Shown here in pieces: positions 1 to 9,425 of a DNA stretch of 55,026 nt. A program made the translations under genes and the position numbers. The notes under the pieces are model-generated. The model made no database searches, was not told where the DNA came from, and saw only the letters and a list, made by a program, of their open reading frames with translations. Positions within the stretch are counted from its first letter, which is position 1. Every line of letters starts with the position of its first letter. This DNA comes from an uncultured Leptospirales bacterium (GTDB lineage Bacteria > Spirochaetota > UBA4802 > UBA5550). The stretch is taken from the NCBI GenBank assembly GCA_964649175.1, contig CAZYPA010000002.1:1-55026 (forward strand). Reading direction: 5' to 3'.

Positions 1-123
1 ACTGATATAGATAATATAATGCCGCCTGTTTCAAGGTTTGCATCTAACAGCAGAACTGAAAAAAAACAGACAATAATCGAGAAGCTGCTCGCCTTTTTTG
101 AAAAATACTTTGGCCTGGTGTAA
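1..123 (+). CDS. 3' end of an unidentified CDS entering from the left edge
   Basis: Frame 1 is open from base 1 to TAA at 121-123 (...EKLLAFFEKYFGLV*) and is followed by a hairpin; too short to identify. Confidence 0.3.
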   Translation, partial: TDIDNIMPPVSRFASNSRTEKKQTIIEKLLAFFEKYFGLV

Positions 124-125
124 AT

Positions 126-156
126 AAAAAAACTGCCTTTTAAAGGCGGTTTTTTT
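126..156. terminator. Bidirectional intrinsic terminator candidate
   Basis: A-run, then stem CTGCCTTT/AAAGGCGG (one G:U pair), then T-run, between convergent gene ends. Confidence 0.5.
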
Positions 157-167
157 ATGCCTGTTTT

Positions 168-575
168 TTATTTATGATACGCTATCCCATCTGCTGTGGC
201 AATTAAAATATCCCCGGTGCTTCTTACATCGATCTTCCATAGGCTGACCTTTTTACCAATTTTAACAGGTATGGCCTCACCAAAGAGCTTCTCCCCTGCC
301 CTGGCTGATGCAACATAATTAACTGAAACATTAAGGGACATGGCAACCATTCCTGTTGAATTTGAAGCAACAGCAAGAGACTGGTCTATAAGGGCATAAA
401 TAATAGCGCCATGGGCACGTTCAACTGCATTAAGGTACTCAGGAATTATTGTTAAAGAACACCTGGCATATCCTTCCTTTACTTCATCAACAACTATTCC
501 AAGAAATTGAGCCATGGGGTCTTTCCCCACTACATCCCTTGCATAGCTTACCGGATCATTAATATAATCTGACAT
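168..575 (-). CDS. PaaI-family hotdog-fold thioesterase
   Basis: 135 aa. The segment RAHGAIIYALIDQSLAVA and the overall size are typical of PaaI/YbdB-type thioesterases. Confidence 0.7.
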   Translation of the reverse strand: MSDYINDPVSYARDVVGKDPMAQFLGIVVDEVKEGYARCSLTIIPEYLNAVERAHGAIIYALIDQSLAVASNSTGMVAMSLNVSVNYVASARAGEKLFGEAIPVKIGKKVSLWKIDVRSTGDILIATADGIAYHK

Positions 576-677
576 GGTTATCTCCTGATTGAGACAATCT
601 TTATATTTATTTTTATCTCAATATATTTTATTTTTTTCAAATGATGAACATTTCTTTTTTGCTTAATTTATCAACTA

Positions 678-1397
678 TCAGGTCCATTCATAAAGAATAA
701 TAGATGGAATAACAATGGCTGCTGTTTCTCCGCGCAAATGATTAACACCTGCATTTACAATTGTCCAGCCCTTTTCTACTGCAATATTAAGCTCTTTTAT
801 GGAAAATCCACCTTCAGGTCCAATCAAGAGGTCAGCTGAAAGAGGGGAATTCTTTCCTCTTAAAATGGATTTTATGGGTGTATTGCCATCAGGGTGAGCC
901 AGAAGTTTTATTTCACCAGCAGCATCTGCTATTGCTGTTTTAAAATCAACAGGATAGCTTAACACAGGAATCTTTTCCCGCAAACACTGCTTTGCTGATT
1001 CAGAAACAATTTTTTGCCATCTAAGGATTTTTTGATCTGCCTTATCCCTTAAATCCGGTATTGTTCTTTCTGAAGTTACGGGTATTATTTCAGAAACCCC
1101 TATTTCAACGCACTTTTGCAAAGACAGTTCAAAGTTAGCCCCTTTAAGAATAGACAGATAAACAGTAAGATATAAAGACTCTGTTTCAACAGGATATTCT
1201 TTTTCAACAAATGCAGAAAGACAGGTACTGTTAACAGATAAAATTTTAGCCTCACAGCCTATGCCGTCTGTTCTTCTCAAAACAATTTTATCACCAGGAG
1301 AAACCCGCCTCACCTTTACCAGATGATGGAAGTCATTTCCTGAAATTTTCACAATCCCGTCAATAATATCGCTGCTATTAATAAAAAACTGAGGCAC
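678..1397 (-). CDS. rsmE: 16S rRNA (uracil1498-N3)-methyltransferase RsmE
   Basis: 239 aa. N-terminal PUA-like segment (HHLVKVRRVSPGD) and C-terminal SPOUT motif LLIGPEGGFS...ETAAI. Confidence 0.85.
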   Translation of the reverse strand: MPQFFINSSDIIDGIVKISGNDFHHLVKVRRVSPGDKIVLRRTDGIGCEAKILSVNSTCLSAFVEKEYPVETESLYLTVYLSILKGANFELSLQKCVEIGVSEIIPVTSERTIPDLRDKADQKILRWQKIVSESAKQCLREKIPVLSYPVDFKTAIADAAGEIKLLAHPDGNTPIKSILRGKNSPLSADLLIGPEGGFSIKELNIAVEKGWTIVNAGVNHLRGETAAIVIPSIILYEWT

Positions 1398-1398
1398 T

Positions 1399-2157
1399 CT
1401 ATTCTCCTAAAGTTTCCGGTCTAAATATATCACTTCTAAAAGTAACAGTCTCATCAAACCTGGTAAAATTTAATATTGTCACTGTGCCATTCCTTATATC
1501 AAGCATGTCATACCTTATAGGTATAATGCGATTCCCCTTTTCCATGGTTTTTGAAAGTGACAAAAATTTAAAAATCACCTTATCCCTGTCATGAAAATCT
1601 ATTCTCATTGGAAGGGACTTATCCTTGCTTGCATATAAAGTCACAAGTCCATACTCGCCGCCCTGAAAAACAGGGGTAAGATCAAGCCTGTAGCAATCAA
1701 CTCCTTTTATAAGACTCTCCCCTGTGATGCGGGCTTTATAATTACTCTGAAACTCGGAATTTGAAAAATCAATAAGATTAAAGTTTGTTGCAAGGAGTGA
1801 ATCATATTTATCTATTCCCATTTTATGAAAGAGCTTCAGGGCATGAGTGTTGTAAACCCAGATATCCTCACCAGACATTTTATATAAAACCTTAAGCTCC
1901 TCACCTCTGGAGGTATTACTGAAAGTGAAAAGAAAATCTGTCCTTGCTATGCTCCCAATAAAATCTATTATGTGGAATTTCCCGTCAGGAGCGATTTGCT
2001 TTATTCGTCCACGCACCTCCCCTTCTGGATACCTCATAATACTGTCCACCCTGGCTAAAATTGCCTGAGCTGTAATTTCTATTTCATCTGTCCGGGAGTA
2101 AAGAAAAACAGGAATAAAACAAAATGATAAAAATAATAAAATATAAAACTTTCGCAT
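1399..2157 (-). CDS. LolA-like outer membrane lipoprotein-sorting protein family
   Basis: 252 aa with a signal peptide. Beta-rich, with the layout of LolA-like sorting proteins (ILARVDSIMRYPEG...WVYN...YRLDLTP). Confidence 0.55.
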   Translation of the reverse strand: MRKFYILLFLSFCFIPVFLYSRTDEIEITAQAILARVDSIMRYPEGEVRGRIKQIAPDGKFHIIDFIGSIARTDFLFTFSNTSRGEELKVLYKMSGEDIWVYNTHALKLFHKMGIDKYDSLLATNFNLIDFSNSEFQSNYKARITGESLIKGVDCYRLDLTPVFQGGEYGLVTLYASKDKSLPMRIDFHDRDKVIFKFLSLSKTMEKGNRIIPIRYDMLDIRNGTVTILNFTRFDETVTFRSDIFRPETLGE

Positions 2158-2942
2158 CAGGGAGTATCTATCTTTATTTTTCTTCTTAAAAACAGCCCTG
2201 TAAAATATGGAAGGCTTATTTTATTCTCTTCCAGCTTATAAAGGTCTATAAAAGATTCCTGATTTGATTCTACAAATTCAGCTGCTTCATCCAAAGGCAG
2301 GTCGTATAAACCACTTAAATGGTCTGTCATTTCTCCAAGGTTCCAGTCAAAATACTCAATACTTCCTTTAATAAAAGAAAAATCTTTTAAATTCAAAAAT
2401 GTTTTAAGATCATCTTTAAGATAATAATCATTGTGAAGGGGGAAAAGAATTCTCATGTAATCATCATATACTCCATCCAGATCATCATCATGAAGCACAA
2501 CCCCGCCAAAAAGGAAATAGCCTTCAAAATTCAGGGCTCTTCTAAACTCATCCATTACAGGTGCAGATTCGATTATATCAAAATTATCAACGCATATTAT
2601 AAAATCCGCAGCATAATAATCAATAGGGAATTTTAAAAACTCTCCATTAATAAATCTGATATTTTTTATAACAGGGTTGTCTTTATTTTTTTCAATAAAT
2701 TCATTAATCACTCTTAAAGAAGGCTCAACAACTATTAAAACTGTCTTATCATAGTCCTGCATAATATCAAGAATGAGGTTTCCGCTTCCAATGCCGGCTT
2801 TTACAACTACTTCCGGTTTATATGTGGCAAGTACATCATAAACCCGCTCCTTTAATAACTCGTGTCTGGAATCAGGCTCAAAAAAATACTTCCTGGTTGA
2901 TTCATAAATACTAAACGCCTGAAGTTCTTTTAATCTGCTCAT
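2157..2942 (-). CDS. Putative class I SAM-dependent methyltransferase
   Basis: 261 aa with motif I-like VVKAGIGSGNLILDI. Its stop overlaps the next gene's start by 1 nt. Confidence 0.5.
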   Translation of the reverse strand: MSRLKELQAFSIYESTRKYFFEPDSRHELLKERVYDVLATYKPEVVVKAGIGSGNLILDIMQDYDKTVLIVVEPSLRVINEFIEKNKDNPVIKNIRFINGEFLKFPIDYYAADFIICVDNFDIIESAPVMDEFRRALNFEGYFLFGGVVLHDDDLDGVYDDYMRILFPLHNDYYLKDDLKTFLNLKDFSFIKGSIEYFDWNLGEMTDHLSGLYDLPLDEAAEFVESNQESFIDLYKLEENKISLPYFTGLFLRRKIKIDTP

Positions 2943-3086
2943 TATGGCATCCTGTAAAATATTTACTCTATTCTTTAATTACTAATTTAATTTATTACTG
3001 ATTAAATTCAATTAAAATATATTTTAAAACTCACATGACAGTAAAAAATGAAATCTGAAAGATTTATCTCCACTTACGAATTATTA

Positions 3087-3115
3087 TTGACACCCCCCCT
3101 GTGAGTAAATATATA
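3087..3115 (+). promoter_or_regulatory. Sigma70-like promoter candidate
   Basis: TTGACA (3087-3092), 17-nt spacer, TATATA (3110-3115), about 160 nt upstream of the 3274 start. Confidence 0.35.
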
Positions 3116-3273
3116 TCTATTAATATCAATTTTACTAATTTTTTTCCACATTATGAAAACATAGGCCAGACTTTAATCAAAATATTTACTAAAAAATCTT
3201 ATTAGATGACCAGTGTTCCATAGGCAAAAAATTTTGCACAATCAAAAGAGACTACTAATCAGGAGGACTCTCT

Positions 3274-4089
3274 ATGTCAGAAGATTCCATCTCTTACAGT
3301 TCCTATAAGGAAGAAAGGGATCTTATACTCGAATACAACCAGGTTTCACTTGATAATGCCAGCATAGTTAATATTATAGATATTGGCGTAGATAATATTA
3401 CAAGGGAACAGGCTGTTTACAAAATCATCAGGATGATAGAAGAAAAGGGTGTGCATCACGTTATTTCACTCAATCCCTATAAACTTCACAGATTCAGGAC
3501 AAATACAGACTTAAGGCTCATTTCTGATAAAGCCAATATGCATATAGCATCAGGTGCAGGCATAGGCTGGGCTGCAAAATTTTTAAAAAATCCGCTTAAA
3601 GAAAGAATCGGTCTTTTAAGCTTTATGATGGAAATCATCCGCCTTGCTGAAATTAAGGAATATACAATTTTCCTTGTTGGCGGGAAACCTGAAATTGCTG
3701 AAAGAGCCTATTTTAACATAAAGAAATCTTTTCCCAATATCCGTATTGTTGGCCGCCATGGAGGTTACTTTGACGAGATCAGGGAAAAAGCTGTTATTGA
3801 GGCAATCAGAAAATCTGAAGCAAACATTGTCTTTGTAGGCCTTGGTTTCCCTAAAGAAGATAAATGGATATATAAAATCAAAAGCGAATTTAAAAATACT
3901 GTTTTTATAAGCGTAGGCGGAAGCTTTGATACAATATCAGGCGAGAAAAGAAAAGCCCCTGACTACTTTATGGAAAATGGGCTCGACTGGTTTTACAGAA
4001 TTATTACAAGGCCATGGAGAATTGGAAGATTACTAAGAGTTCTTCTTTTTTTCCTGACAGTAATTATAAGAAGAGTATTTAAGAAATAA
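3274..4089 (+). CDS. WecB/TagA/CpsF-family glycosyltransferase
   Basis: 271 aa. Family-typical segments FLVGGKPEIAERA, IVFVGLGFPKEDKW and GGSFD...RAP. AGGAGG Shine-Dalgarno site upstream. Confidence 0.85.
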   Translation: MSEDSISYSSYKEERDLILEYNQVSLDNASIVNIIDIGVDNITREQAVYKIIRMIEEKGVHHVISLNPYKLHRFRTNTDLRLISDKANMHIASGAGIGWAAKFLKNPLKERIGLLSFMMEIIRLAEIKEYTIFLVGGKPEIAERAYFNIKKSFPNIRIVGRHGGYFDEIREKAVIEAIRKSEANIVFVGLGFPKEDKWIYKIKSEFKNTVFISVGGSFDTISGEKRKAPDYFMENGLDWFYRIITRPWRIGRLLRVLLFFLTVIIRRVFKK

Positions 4090-4121
4090 TGTTCATTGAT
4101 AAATCAAAATATTAAGATATG

Positions 4122-4136
4122 CCCCCCTTTTGGGGG
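4122..4136. terminator. Short GC hairpin between convergent genes
   Basis: CCCCCC-TTTT-GGGGG in an otherwise AT-rich spacer; flanking T/A runs are weak. Confidence 0.4.
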
Positions 4137-4148
4137 TTCCTGGGGAAA

Positions 4149-4367
4149 TTACTTTTCAAAATCCCACTTCCCGGCATGGGTGCTTCTGGCCACATTCAAC
4201 TCTTTTTTTGTCACTTTACACCTTCCAAAGGTAAAGCCTGAAAGTTCAGCTTTATTATTACATGATCTGCAGTGAACAATCGCACTCCCATCCTGAGTCC
4301 AATCATTAATTTCCGTGTATCTGGAACCGCATCTTCTGCAAAAAACAACTGAAACAAATTCTCCCAT
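4149..4367 (-). CDS. Small zinc-ribbon protein (72 aa)
   Basis: Two CxxC pairs (CRRC...CRSC). I place the start at the ATG at 4367, 11 nt after the upstream stop and preceded by AAGG. The track's longer form (to 4418) overlaps the upstream gene. Confidence 0.5.
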   Translation of the reverse strand: MGEFVSVVFCRRCGSRYTEINDWTQDGSAIVHCRSCNNKAELSGFTFGRCKVTKKELNVARSTHAGKWDFEK

Positions 4368-4378
4368 ACCTAAACCTT

Positions 4379-5668
4379 TCACAAAGAAAAAGCTGCCACA
4401 GACACATCCCTGGTCCATTCAAGTTTTTCTGTATAGTTATGTACATAATCAAGAAGACCGTCTATATTATCATTGGCCTTTCCTTTTTCTTTTTCAAGAA
4501 ACCCCATAATCCCTGCAAGACCAATAGCCCTGCCCTGTCTGTTTTTTATTTCCGGCAAGCTTCCTGAAAGCAGAATAAACCTGTCTTCAGGCTTAAGGTT
4601 TATTTTCACAGGAGATATATAAAAGTTTTTATCTCCCACATATCCCCTTGATCTATCCTTAAACCTGAGATATCTGGCTTTCCCTTCTCTCACAAGCACA
4701 GGACAGGCATCCCCTGCATTTACAAATTCAATTTTACCCTGTTCAAAATCAATGTTAGCAATAAAAAAAGAGAAGCCCGATCTCCTTATAATTTCATCTT
4801 TATAAATAGTATTAATTTTATTTACAATTTCAACAGGTTTTCGAAAACCCATTTCCACCAGAACCTTTAAAATTCCAAAAAAAGTTGAAGCCCGTAAAGC
4901 ACCTGGAATCCCTTTTTGCTCCAGATTTCCCATGGCTAATATTGCAAAATTTTCACTATATTCCTTAAAAAAATGAAATACCCCGCCAACCTCCCTGGCA
5001 GGTAAAGCCCTGGCAGCAATAGTATATTTATTTTGGAACTGATCAATAAGAGGAGTAAGCGTGCCCTGAATAGATTTAGCAACTATAAGTTCACTGGTTA
5101 TTCGCTCTTCCTCTATAGATCTCTGAAAAAAAATCGCATTTTGAACTGCCAAAGCAGCCTGGTTGGAAAAAATCCTGAAAAGATTCATATCGTTTTCATC
5201 AAAGCCTTTTCCGGAAACCCGGTTTATTGCCTGGATAACACCAATAAGTTTTCCTTTAAAAAGAAGAGGGGAACAAATAATTGAACGCGTAACAAATCCG
5301 GTACTTTTATCATATCTGGGATCAAATCTGGAGTCCCTATATGCGTCATTTACAATTACCGATTTCCTGTTTTGGGCCACCCATCCTGCTATACCCTGAC
5401 CAATTTTAACCCTGTATTTTTCCATTAACTCCTCGCCTGCATCGCCCAGGGCAACTTTAAAAACAAGCTCATTTGAGGCTTCGTCAAAAAGAAGAAGGGT
5501 ACTGGTTTCTGTGCCCATAATATCCTTAATCATCTCCATAATAATAGAAAGGAGATGGCTAATATTCAGAGTTGAATTAATTATACCGTTGATCTCAACG
5601 AGTTTGGAAAGGTTTTCAACCTGCCTTTCAAGCAGCTCAAGTTTATCAGAATTACTTATATCTTTCAT
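4379..5668 (-). CDS. GAF domain + PP2C/SpoIIE-type protein phosphatase (RsbU-like)
   Basis: N-terminal GAF (GIAGWVAQNRKSVIVND) and C-terminal SpoIIE-like half. The start could be the ATG at 5668 or the TTG at 5686. Confidence 0.75.
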   Translation of the reverse strand: MKDISNSDKLELLERQVENLSKLVEINGIINSTLNISHLLSIIMEMIKDIMGTETSTLLLFDEASNELVFKVALGDAGEELMEKYRVKIGQGIAGWVAQNRKSVIVNDAYRDSRFDPRYDKSTGFVTRSIICSPLLFKGKLIGVIQAINRVSGKGFDENDMNLFRIFSNQAALAVQNAIFFQRSIEEERITSELIVAKSIQGTLTPLIDQFQNKYTIAARALPAREVGGVFHFFKEYSENFAILAMGNLEQKGIPGALRASTFFGILKVLVEMGFRKPVEIVNKINTIYKDEIIRRSGFSFFIANIDFEQGKIEFVNAGDACPVLVREGKARYLRFKDRSRGYVGDKNFYISPVKINLKPEDRFILLSGSLPEIKNRQGRAIGLAGIMGFLEKEKGKANDNIDGLLDYVHNYTEKLEWTRDVSVAAFSL

Positions 5669-5755
5669 CTGTAAAATGAACAACAATAATCAGGTCATGT
5701 CAATAATTTTTTAGTAAACACTTCCCCATTTCATACTCATTTATATAAACAAGGC

Positions 5756-5783
5756 TTGACAAACAGAAGTAACACCCTAAAAT
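5756..5783 (+). promoter_or_regulatory. Sigma70-like promoter candidate for the PilZ operon
   Basis: TTGACA (5756-5761), 16-nt spacer, TAAAAT (5778-5783), about 37 nt before the ATG at 5820. Confidence 0.45.
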
Positions 5784-5819
5784 ATAAAATTATTTTTCAA
5801 ACTCTACAGGGGTAAAACG

Positions 5820-6206
5820 ATGATCACAAGTAAGGATAAAAGAAAATTTGAACGCTATTCCTGTAAAATAAAGACCAAATTCGATTATTATGAAGGTGAC
5901 CCGGAAACTATTGACATTTACATGGATATTCCAGGAAAAGCCAAGGGGACAATTATAGATATAAGCAAAGGCGGTTTGCTTATTCTTAGCAATGAACGTA
6001 TTACTGTTGGTATTCCGGCAATGCTGCACTTTGAAATTAAAAAAATAAAATTCGATATTCCGGGAAAAATTATACGAACAGGTTCTTTGGAAAACAATCC
6101 TTCAGAAATAGCAAAAAAAGTTCTGCCCTTTCTCTCTTCAGGCAATTATTACATTGCTGTGAAATTCAATGAGCTATTTGAAGAGCTTAATCCAGAGTTA
6201 TTATAA
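5820..6206 (+). CDS. PilZ domain protein (c-di-GMP receptor family)
   Basis: 128 aa with RxxxR (RKFER) and DxSxxG (DISKGG) motifs at PilZ spacing. Confidence 0.8.
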   Translation: MITSKDKRKFERYSCKIKTKFDYYEGDPETIDIYMDIPGKAKGTIIDISKGGLLILSNERITVGIPAMLHFEIKKIKFDIPGKIIRTGSLENNPSEIAKKVLPFLSSGNYYIAVKFNELFEELNPELL

Positions 6207-6209
6207 AAC

Positions 6210-7070
6210 ATGAAAAAAAGAATTATTAAAATAAAAGATATTTCCCAAATAGATACATCTAAAGTATCTGTATATGATCTTAACAATAGATACCTTGATC
6301 CCATGGGAAATCTTTTTGGACTGAAATATAACCGGATTAAAAGAAAAATAGAAATAATAAAGATTGAAAGGGTTCACTCAAGCCAGACTCGCCAGTACAG
6401 GAAAAAAATATCCCAGCACAGAGAAACTGAAACTTTTTCTGAAACAGATACACCCCCTGAAACACCTTACCCTGACACAGGTGATGATAGTGATGAAACC
6501 GAATTTTTCTTTGAACCTGATGTTTTTATAGAAGAAGTTATCACTAACGTTGAAGTTCATAAAGAAAGAATAAACGGAATCATAATGAACATTGAAGATT
6601 CTTTAATTTTCCCTAAAGAAAATAAGATGGACTCCACTGAGTTTGAAGATATAGCACGAAATCTTGATATTGAAGGTATACTACAGCTTGAAAAACTGGA
6701 CAGCTATTATAGAGAGCTCACCAATTACCCCAGATCAATTACCTATTACCAGGCCAAAATTGATGATGATGGGAAGGAGCTGATTGATCTCTTTTCCGGA
6801 AATAATGAAAGGACAATGAGATTCATATTTCTGTATGAAATGTCATCATCAATCAAAAGAATTTATACAGGCTTATATAAACATATAAAAAGACTGGATG
6901 ATTTCACCTATTCCAAAAATCCTGATGAAATAACAACAATTTCAAAAACACAGAAACAGTCTTTTATTGATGCAAGAACTTCAATAGTTAATACAATGAG
7001 TGATATTGAAAAAATTCTTCAAACAAACAAAATCCTTCAGGCCTACTCGCTTAACCCGGACAACTTCTAA
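6210..7070 (+). CDS. Hypothetical protein with an acidic Thr/Glu/Asp-rich linker
   Basis: 286-aa ORF starting 3 nt after the PilZ stop; no motif recognised. Confidence 0.55.
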   Translation: MKKRIIKIKDISQIDTSKVSVYDLNNRYLDPMGNLFGLKYNRIKRKIEIIKIERVHSSQTRQYRKKISQHRETETFSETDTPPETPYPDTGDDSDETEFFFEPDVFIEEVITNVEVHKERINGIIMNIEDSLIFPKENKMDSTEFEDIARNLDIEGILQLEKLDSYYRELTNYPRSITYYQAKIDDDGKELIDLFSGNNERTMRFIFLYEMSSSIKRIYTGLYKHIKRLDDFTYSKNPDEITTISKTQKQSFIDARTSIVNTMSDIEKILQTNKILQAYSLNPDNF

Positions 7071-8476
7071 AAACTCCCTGACACTGAAAAAAGAAAACTA
7101 TTCTTTTCTTTACTTTGAAGAAGATCACGAACATAGGCGCCCTTAATAACTGCCCCCTTTAACTCAAAAGAAAAGGCTATTCCTGCAGATAAAAAATTTT
7201 TAAAATCATTATTTCCCTTTTCATATATCCCATAATATAAAAGCGGCCCTGCGTAAAACAAAGAAGGATAAAGTTCAAACTCCACTTCAACTCCGGCTGA
7301 GTTTTTTAAATTTGATACAGTATAATCATTCATCCGGCCAGGCAGATGATGATCAAAAACATATTCCTGGAAAAGCCTTTCCTTTTCTGTGGTCATAAAA
7401 AAATAGTTTTTTAAAATCAAAGCAACCCTGCTGAAAACCTGAAAAGAAAAAAACGCCTCTGACTTGACCCTTAATACAGCTTTTTTTCCCAGGCTGTTGC
7501 TTCCTCCTCCTGTTTCAATGGAAAAATTTTTCTTTTCTCTTTTATCTATCACATAACTTCTGTTATTATAAAAAACTTTCACACCGCCATATCCTGAATA
7601 AGCGCTCGAATCTCCTGTTTCATTATAGTTTTCAAGAGCATAATAATCTCCACTAAAAACAATTGCAGCACCCATTGCCCCGAAAAAATGATAAACAGAT
7701 ATCTCAGGAGAAACTGACCTGTTCCTGTAAAGCATATCTTCATTCAAAAAATCTTTGCTTTCCCTTAAATTAAATCCTGACAATAAAGCTATATGATTAA
7801 ATTTTCTGTTATAAAATACACTCAGGTTTGACATCCTGGCCTGCTTTTGTGCAAAGGATGAATTAAACCCCATGTGCAAAACGCTTTTTTCAAAAAGAAT
7901 ATCCCATGACACAGAAAGTAGAGCTCCATAAACAGGACTCCCTGTTACTGAAAAATCCAGCCTGTTAGTAATCTTAATAACATTAACTTTTATTATTATA
8001 TCTTTATATATATCCCTTTCCAGCTGGATGTGAACATTGCTGTATCCATATTTTTCCTTTATCAAAGCTATATTTTTTTTAATAACAATCTCATTATATG
8101 GAAGGCCCTGTGGAAATATTTCATTCTTAATCTGCTCAGATTCATTTTGCCCTATACCTGAAACAACAATAGTGCTAACCATTGACTCATTGCAATAAAA
8201 CTCAACAGTATGATCAGGCTTCACTACAATCTCTTCAATATAAAATGCACTGTAACCCTTTGCATGATAAAGCCTGGTTATATCTACGCTTAACAGTTTA
8301 AGCCTGTCTTCAGATATTTCCGGTAAAAACAAATATTCATCTCTATTCAAATCAACAATGCCGCTGCAGCCATAGTATTTAATATTATAAAATTTTTGAG
8401 CATTAAGGGATGAAACAAAATAAAACAGGGTAATAAAAACAATAAACATCAGAACAGGAAATTTATTTTTCATCAA
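7067..8476 (-). CDS. Omp85-family-like outer membrane protein (POTRA-like repeats + beta-barrel)
   Basis: 469 aa with a signal peptide. Two POTRA-like segments (DITRLYHAKGYSAFYIEEIVV..., LIKEKYGYSNVHIQLE...), an aromatic/Gly-rich alternating C-terminal half, and a terminal Phe. Confidence 0.45.
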   Translation of the reverse strand: MMKNKFPVLMFIVFITLFYFVSSLNAQKFYNIKYYGCSGIVDLNRDEYLFLPEISEDRLKLLSVDITRLYHAKGYSAFYIEEIVVKPDHTVEFYCNESMVSTIVVSGIGQNESEQIKNEIFPQGLPYNEIVIKKNIALIKEKYGYSNVHIQLERDIYKDIIIKVNVIKITNRLDFSVTGSPVYGALLSVSWDILFEKSVLHMGFNSSFAQKQARMSNLSVFYNRKFNHIALLSGFNLRESKDFLNEDMLYRNRSVSPEISVYHFFGAMGAAIVFSGDYYALENYNETGDSSAYSGYGGVKVFYNNRSYVIDKREKKNFSIETGGGSNSLGKKAVLRVKSEAFFSFQVFSRVALILKNYFFMTTEKERLFQEYVFDHHLPGRMNDYTVSNLKNSAGVEVEFELYPSLFYAGPLLYYGIYEKGNNDFKNFLSAGIAFSFELKGAVIKGAYVRDLLQSKEKNSFLFSVSGSF

Positions 8477-9206
8477 AAGTTTTTACCTTCATAAAGCTTT
8501 TTATTTTAAACACAAAATCTGAAAGATTTACTGTTTCATTTACACGAACATTGCTATACTGAGTCAGGGTTCTTACTATACCACTTGAGGTTCTGGCATG
8601 AACTTCAACCTCTGATGGAATTAAAATACCATTAACCTCTATATAGCTGCTATACAACTCCTTGACTGTTTCCATACCTGAAGAGTCAATAAAGTATCTT
8701 TTCAAAATACAGCCTTTTTCAGAATCTACCCATATTCTAAAGGTGCTTTTACTTTTAAGCTTAATATCAAAAACATGAGCCCATTTAAAAAAGGAATAAA
8801 ACTTTTTACCTTTATAAATCAAATCAAAAAAGTTTCCTGCTTCTTTATCTGCCCTTTTTAAAAAAACAGGCAAAGACTCATTGTTCATGTTGCTGTTTCT
8901 GGAAACAAAAACAGTTTCACTTTCAGGGTAATACCAGAACAGCCCATCTTTATTATTTATTACAATTTGCCTTGAAGGAGAATAATAATCAATACGCATA
9001 AGTCCTGAACCTGTTGCGCTGTAATCCCCGGCAAGCCTATGGTATGATCTGTCCGGATAAAAAACATGCTGTTCAATAGAAGCTTTTATTGAATTGAAAG
9101 AGGAATAATTTTTTATTACTCTCTCCATAATCTGCTCCTCCTCTGAAGAAAAAGCAGGAACCTGTACCAGCAAAAAAAAGATTAAAATTGCAAAGGGGAA
9201 TCTCAT
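8463..9206 (-). CDS. LolA-like periplasmic lipoprotein carrier family protein
   Basis: Signal peptide, then IKNYSSFNSIKASIEQ...GLFWYYP, typical of LolA. The ATG at 9206 has an AGAGG Shine-Dalgarno site. The 3' end overlaps the downstream barrel gene by 14 nt. Confidence 0.55.
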   Translation of the reverse strand: MRFPFAILIFFLLVQVPAFSSEEEQIMERVIKNYSSFNSIKASIEQHVFYPDRSYHRLAGDYSATGSGLMRIDYYSPSRQIVINNKDGLFWYYPESETVFVSRNSNMNNESLPVFLKRADKEAGNFFDLIYKGKKFYSFFKWAHVFDIKLKSKSTFRIWVDSEKGCILKRYFIDSSGMETVKELYSSYIEVNGILIPSEVEVHARTSSGIVRTLTQYSNVRVNETVNLSDFVFKIKSFMKVKTFDEK

Positions 9207-9425
9207 CAATAAACCTCTGTAAAACAAATCATAAATTTTAATTTTAAAAAATTTACAAATTTAAGCAAGGTTTTTTTAAACCCGCTGCAGGAGAATGATT
9301 AAATTTAATTATTCCTTGTACATTATTTTCCTTGAAAAATAATTCCCTTCTACTGACCTGTATTTAAACAAAGAGGAAAATCTGAAATATTAAAAAAATA
9401 CAGCTTAAATCACAATGGATAATAC

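Noticed and set aside
4315-5399. Several 64-83-aa plus-strand ORFs (4315-4509, 5033-5284, 5163-5399)
   Set aside because: All are antisense to the GAF-PP2C gene or the zinc-ribbon gene, and none has Shine-Dalgarno support.
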